From: Craspedostauros australis | Lineage: Eukaryota | Length of the DNA: 64,000 nt | Direction of reading: 5' to 3' | Assembly (NCBI GenBank): GCA_030167865.1 | Contig: JALAGF010004276.1 | Coordinates: forward strand, 1 to 64,000 | Shown: positions 58,561 through 64,000 of the stretch, in pieces | How the letters are laid out: each line of letters begins with the position of its first letter | Position numbering within the stretch: the first letter of the stretch is position 1 | Notes under the pieces: model-generated | Databases searched by the model: none | What the model was told of the DNA's origin: nothing | The model's input: the letters and a program-made list of their open reading frames with translations, nothing else | Program-made: the position numbers and the translations under genes

Positions 58561-58629
58561 ACAAGGAGTAGCAAGGAGTAACAAGGAGTAGCAAGAAGTG
58601 TAACAAGAAGTGTAACAAGAAGTAGCAAC
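58561..58629. repeat. Degenerate 10-12 bp tandem repeat (CAAGGAGTAG/CAAGAAGTGTAA)
   Basis: About 6 units visible in the intergenic spacer. Confidence 0.8.
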
Positions 58630-58946
58630 ATCCGCACTCTCTCTAGAGAAAGAATCAGCAGCAGACGAGAACCATAGCAAGAAAGAGAGTGCGCCCTCTA
58701 TTCCTTCTCCGGAGTCCCACAGTCAATAGCAGTACTGCCTTCACTCGCAGCGGCAGCAGCGACAAACAAATCGCGAAGCCGGTTCGAACTGTGGAGCAAG
58801 GCCATTTGTCTCTGGCGCCTCATCAAGTCCGGAGCTCCCTTTGCACAGCAAGGCGAAGCAAAGCAAAGCAACACAGAATACTGCCCACAGGAGAACTTCC
58901 ATTAGGACTCTGCTCTATTGGGGATCTATTGGGACTGCGGTCGATC

Positions 58947-60107
58947 ATGAACGGGCTGTCCTTTGGCAACGCGATCGGAGGGGGTGGTAATGGCGGTAAT
59001 GGCGGCAATGGAAATAGCGGTGGCTCCAATGCGGGCGCATCAGCTGCGAACGCCTCTTCCAATGGATCCGCTGGTGCTGGAAATGATGCCTCTGTGGCCA
59101 CAACAGCGAGTGCGAACGCGAGTATGAACCTTGCCATGGGTGCAAGCAATGTCACTTCCAGCACAGGCGGCAACGCAGGGGGCAACAACAACAGCAGCAT
59201 TAGCAACAGCATTAGCAACAGCCTCAATCTGAATGGCGGCATGATGAACGCGAGTCTCAATCTGGCCATGGGCAACTTGGATCGCAGCACCGGCAACGCA
59301 ACGCCCCGTGGGAATGCCAACACCAACGTCAATGGAAACGCCTGGAATGCCCTGTCTTCCATCTCTCAGCAGCAGCCTCAGCAGCAACAGCAGCAACAAC
59401 AACAACAACAACAACAAACGCTCGGCTTCCTCGCCAACAAACGATCCAACTTCGACATCAGCAGGACTTCAGCAGGCTTCGCCAATCTCACGCCCCAAAC
59501 AACGAAGCGCCTCAAGCTCAATTCCGGCGCTGCTGCCAACGGCATCCAGCTCCCCATGCAGATGGGCATGCCGATGCCGACACCCATGATGGGGGGCAAT
59601 CCATCGCAGCCCGCCTCCACCTCCATGCACAAATCAAACAACAACAACAATGGCGGCATCTCTCAGCAGATGCTGGAACGTCTCATGGGTCTGGGAGGTG
59701 GTCTGCCCATGCCCAAGGCATGGAAGCGCGCCATCTCGACGCCCAACACTGCGAATTCTGCTGCCGGTGCTGCATCCAGCAATGCCTTTCAGCAGAACAA
59801 AACGTCAGCCAATGATCCATCGCAACAGCGTTCGGCCGTATCACCGGCCGACTCCGAACTGGCCTCGCAGACGGTGGCCCGCTTGAAGGGAGGATTCCCC
59901 ATGCCGTCCACGCAAGATACCACCCAGCAGCCGTCCAACGGCATGGATCACCACCACAATAAGCGCCGCACGCAACCAAAACTCAAGGCCTTCCAAGAAA
60001 CGTGGCAACAAGCCAACGATCCCTACCTGCGCAAGGAGCTCCTCTTCCGCCAGCTCCACGGCAGTCGGACCAGAGGCATTCACAACAACCGCCACAGCTC
60101 AACGTGA
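58947..60107 (+). CDS. Hypothetical G/N/Q-rich low-complexity protein with PMP motifs
   Basis: Long open frame with polyQ, LPMPK and GFPMP motifs, and a short helical C-terminal segment LKAFQETW...RKELLFRQL. Confidence 0.65.
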   Translation: MNGLSFGNAIGGGGNGGNGGNGNSGGSNAGASAANASSNGSAGAGNDASVATTASANASMNLAMGASNVTSSTGGNAGGNNNSSISNSISNSLNLNGGMMNASLNLAMGNLDRSTGNATPRGNANTNVNGNAWNALSSISQQQPQQQQQQQQQQQQQTLGFLANKRSNFDISRTSAGFANLTPQTTKRLKLNSGAAANGIQLPMQMGMPMPTPMMGGNPSQPASTSMHKSNNNNNGGISQQMLERLMGLGGGLPMPKAWKRAISTPNTANSAAGAASSNAFQQNKTSANDPSQQRSAVSPADSELASQTVARLKGGFPMPSTQDTTQQPSNGMDHHHNKRRTQPKLKAFQETWQQANDPYLRKELLFRQLHGSRTRGIHNNRHSST

Positions 60108-60384
60108 TTTGTCACGCTTTCGCAGTCGTCACGCATCGTGGACAACATGTGGTGATCACCAAAACCCCACATTCCACGATCGTGGAGGCAAGTTTTTGCG
60201 CGCTCACTGATGTGTGCCACATTCACACGGCCAGCAACAACGACGGCGACATCACGCATCAAACGGATCTTCGCGCAGCATGGCAGAGCACAGTGAAGCA
60301 AACCAAAATCCGACCGACCTCCAAAGGACACAAGATCGTTGTTTCGCTCACTTTGCCTGCCTTTTTGCCACCACCGCTACGGCC

Positions 60385-61500
60385 ATGTCCTACAGATTCA
60401 CCGTCCCTTTCAGCTACCGCTCGAACGGCGCTGCTGCTCCCGCTCCTGTCAACATGACGCAGCCACTACTCAACTGGCGCATGAACCCCGACCAAAGCTA
60501 CAGCGATTGGACGCTCTATGTCACGGTCCGGGAGACCGGCATCACGTCGACCTACCACCTTCACAAGTGCATCGTCGGAGCGGGTCCGCGCAAGAGCGAC
60601 TTTCTCATCTCCTGCTTCCAAGCGCAAGAGGAGATGGATGATGACGAATCGTCGTCTCCACCCAAACGGAAGACCAGACGCGATGCCACGCGCGGGGACA
60701 ATCACGCGGTCTCACCGAACAACGCAGTTGACAATGCATCAGCTGACACGGTGGCGAAAACCGTCACGGCCGACGACAATGAGGACGCGATGGAAGTGAC
60801 CAAAACTGAGGAAACCGACGCCGTTCCATCATCATCATCAACAGCCAACGAAAGTGATGCGAAGCTTCCTCTCCCCGCCGCGAAAGTGTTGCCATTGGTG
60901 GAGTCGGTCCGGCAGAATGACGACGGCTACCACCGCGTCACCGAGTCCACCGACTCGGCCTTCGCCTCCGCAGATCAGCGCGATACGACCCACGTCACCC
61001 TCGGCTTCGACGCGGCGCAGGCTCTCCCGTTGCTCCTCGACTTCATCTACCCGGAGGTCAAGTTCGCCATGGATCAGGACAACCTCACCGTCACCACCGC
61101 CATCCAACTCCACAACGTGGCAGACTTCTTCCAGGTCGAGGGCCTCATCGATCCCATCAAGAACTTCCTGCGCCGCAAACTAGAATGGTCCAACCTCGTC
61201 GACTACGTCCACGCCACGCGCGATCACGAGCGTTTCACCCAATGCTACAACTTCATCGCCACGGACATTGCGGCACGTGAGTTTTCCAGCAACTTTGGAG
61301 AAAACAGCGAGGAGTACTACCAGCGCTACACGCAGAACGTCCCCGATTTCCTCTCGCTTGCCTACGACGTCATCACCGGCAAGGGCCACGATTTGCGTTA
61401 CGAGCTGAACTGCTACTGGGGTGAGCAGGAGGCAGGTACGGGCAACAACAACAACAATCAGGACGACGTGGTTGTTGACGACGACGATGATGACTACTAA
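60385..61500 (+). CDS. BTB/POZ-domain protein with a large internal insertion
   Basis: YSDWTLYV...YHLHKCIVGAGPRKSDFL, then an insertion, then AAQALPLLLDFIY...VADFFQVEGL. Confidence 0.82.
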   Translation: MSYRFTVPFSYRSNGAAAPAPVNMTQPLLNWRMNPDQSYSDWTLYVTVRETGITSTYHLHKCIVGAGPRKSDFLISCFQAQEEMDDDESSSPPKRKTRRDATRGDNHAVSPNNAVDNASADTVAKTVTADDNEDAMEVTKTEETDAVPSSSSTANESDAKLPLPAAKVLPLVESVRQNDDGYHRVTESTDSAFASADQRDTTHVTLGFDAAQALPLLLDFIYPEVKFAMDQDNLTVTTAIQLHNVADFFQVEGLIDPIKNFLRRKLEWSNLVDYVHATRDHERFTQCYNFIATDIAAREFSSNFGENSEEYYQRYTQNVPDFLSLAYDVITGKGHDLRYELNCYWGEQEAGTGNNNNNQDDVVVDDDDDDY

Positions 61501-61908
61501 ATCAATCGCAGCTCAGTCTTCTCCAACCTCCATCCGACGAAGAGTTCGGTCGGTGTACTTGATACGAGCATGTACATTCAGCCGACAAGACCACTACTCC
61601 GAAAAGGATACAACATACTTGTGCGCACGCACACGCATCTACCAAATTAAGCACACCATGAGTAGAGTAGAAAGAGAGCATACTCTAAGTACTCTATTCA
61701 AATAACAGAACCACTTTACCCAAGAACAACATGTCTGATCACTGGATGCCCGTAGTCATTAGGTCCTTCGCTGCTGGACTTCATGCTTATGCGGACAATG
61801 ATGCAACGTGACGCAATCCAAGTGGAGTACGAATACATCGTCGTGCTATACGTACGTGTAGAATTGGATTTGTATAGTACCACACCATACTTTTTAGCTT
61901 ACAATGCT

Positions 61909-64000
61909 CTACGAGATGTTAGCATCCTTCAACGACTTTGGTTTGACGGGACCAGCGGATGTCAGCAATCGACAGGCGGTGCCGTCCTCGGCAACCCAAG
62001 TGGCTTCTCCGTCCGCATTCGCCCTCAGCGCTGCCTTCACCCGATCAAAGGCCTTCAAGGCACCCTTCGATTTCATCATCGGATCTGGATCCGTCGGGTC
62101 TTTGCCTTCCACATTCAGCAATTCACCGTTTGGCACATCCGTTGGCACCTTCAGCAGCTCCACCGTCTCACCTTCCTCCTTGCCATCAGTCGCGGCAAGC
62201 AGCATGGCGGAGCTTTCGATGCCCCGCATCTTCGATGGCTTCAGATTGGTCACGGCGACGATCTTCGCACCGACCAGCTCCTCGATGGGAATCAATCCGG
62301 CGAGACCGGCAACCACCGTGCGTGGTTCCGGCGTCGTGCCATCCTCACCGACGTCTCCGCAATCCACCTTGCAGACAAGGAGGCTGTCGGCGTCGGGATG
62401 CTGCTCGGCCTCCAGGATCGTCGCGGCGCGCAGTGCCACGCGCAGGACGTCTTCGGCTGGCTTGGCATTGTTGTTGCCGCCGCCGCCCTTCTTCCTCTGC
62501 TGCTGTTGCTGTTGATGTTGCTTTTGTTTCTGTTTGCCACCCTTCTTGTTGTTGTTGTTGCCGTTGTTTCCACCGGCAGCTCCCCACGTATCTCTCAACG
62601 TCACGACTCTGTTGAAGACAAGATTGTCATCGCCCGTGGTGTCCTTGTCGACGGCGAAGTATCCGCTGCGTTCGAACTGGTACGCCAAAGAACCTGGGTA
62701 GATTATATCTCCACCATCGTCCTTGGTCTTGCTGACTTGTTCCAACAGTCCCTCAACATCCTTCGCCACACTGGGTTCCACCATAACGTTCTTGAGCACT
62801 TGTAACGAATCCGGGTTGAGATCCTTCAGGAAGTCCCCACTCTCCTTCCCAGGTTCCTCCGTGGTGAACAAGCGATCGTACTGATTGACTTGACACGTCA
62901 CGCCAGTCGACGCCTCCACCCAATGGATAATTCCCTTGACGCGCTTCATGCCCTCGGGTGTGACACCAGCGCGTGTATCGGGATAATACGTGCATTTCAA
63001 TTCGATGGGTTCCTCCGTTTCTGGATCTCTCACGATCTCATCGCATCGAATGACATACGCATACCTCAAACGGACTTGCTGATTGGGCAGCAGACGCTTG
63101 AAGCCCTTTGGTGGCTGACCTTCGGTGGCCTTGCCTTCTGGGCCCTCCGTGTCGAAGAAGTCCGATCGTTCAATGAAGACCTCCTTGCCGAATGGAATGA
63201 CACGTTCGCCCATCTCATCCTTCTTGGGATGGCATGGAACAGTGAAGTCCTCGAGGCCGTCTGCGTTGTTTTGCAAGTTGGTTTGGCAGTGAGTCGGTTA
63301 GGTGAAGTTGGGTAAGAATATGCGTTTGCATTAAACATGGGTGGATGACATGCCGTTGGAGTAGTGCCATACCAGCTCCGCGCAGAAACGCACAACACAT
63401 GCGTTCGAGTGTATTGTGAACTGACTATCGTCATCGTCGTCGTCATTGCCGTCGCCATCGTCGTTATCGATGTCATCGAAAGCAAGCAATGCAGTAAACA
63501 TCGCAGCAGCAGAACGCAGATGCCAACGAATATCCAATGTAGCATCCAACAACGACTCTCACCTTGATCCCAATTCGTAATGGTAACCTTCAACGGTTTC
63601 AGCACGCAAAATGCACGCTTGCAGGCATCGTCCATCTCCAACCGCACGCAGTCCTCCAAATTGGAAAAGGCAATATTCGAATCGGTCTTGGAGATGCCAA
63701 CACGTTCGCAGAACAATCGCAGGGCCGACGGCGGCACACCGCGACGGCGCATTCCCGACAAGGTCGGCATGCGTGGGTCGTCCCATCCGCTGACGTGCTT
63801 CTGTTCGACGAGCTGAATGAGCTTACGCTTCGATAGCACGGTGCTTTGGATGTTGAGACGGCTGAATTCGATCTGCTGTGGTTTGGCGCCGATGAGTCCT
63901 GTGGGCAGGAGCTTGTCGACGGTCCAATCGTAGAAGGGTCTGTGATCTTCGAACTCCAGCGTGCACAGGGAATGGGTGATGCTCTCCAGCGCATCCGAGA
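61909..64000 (-). CDS. glnS: Glutaminyl-tRNA synthetase (3' part) with C-terminal EMAPII/Trbp111-like tRNA-binding domain; exons >64000-63563 and 63260-61909
   Basis: ITHSLCTLEFEDHRPFYDW, QIEFSRLN, VLSKRKL, GWDDPRMPTLSGMRRRG, VRLRYAYVI, KGIIHWV, YQFERSGYF and FNRVVTLRD. Then HPDADSLLVCKVDCG...NLKPSKMRGIESSAMLL. Confidence 0.95.

Noticed and set aside
58561-58629. Short repeats considered as a CRISPR-like array
   Set aside because: Units are contiguous 10-12 bp with no spacers, no cas genes are present, and the context is eukaryotic.

Overview
Eukaryotic nuclear DNA, most likely from a pennate diatom. This rests on short GT-AG introns, ASAFAP-type bipartite plastid presequences, DUF6824 and other diatom-expanded families, and microsatellite-rich spacers. 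About 22 protein-coding genes are supported: a secreted heme peroxidase, folylpolyglutamate synthase, a CRAL-TRIO-like/Cys-motif protein, a PH-ankyrin-R-SNARE protein, malate dehydrogenase, an Hsp70-NBD-only protein, a MAP3K, polyprenol reductase, a MATE transporter, a DUF6824 protein, TtcA, a second kinase, ankyrin and BTB proteins, a WBP11-GYF protein, a Tudor/PWWP-HDAC, a HAD hydrolase and a GlnRS cut by the window end. I saw no RNA genes, CRISPR arrays or intact mobile elements, and no clear multi-gene functional cluster. The most notable items are unusual domain architectures: a tomosyn-type R-SNARE on a PH+ankyrin scaffold, a membrane-anchored mitochondrial Hsp70 NBD without a substrate-binding domain, a plastid-targeted bacterial-type TtcA and a GlnRS with an EMAPII-like tail. 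A tandem BTB gene pair also shares a ~527 bp near-identical tract. All domain calls come from reading motifs by eye; no searches were run.
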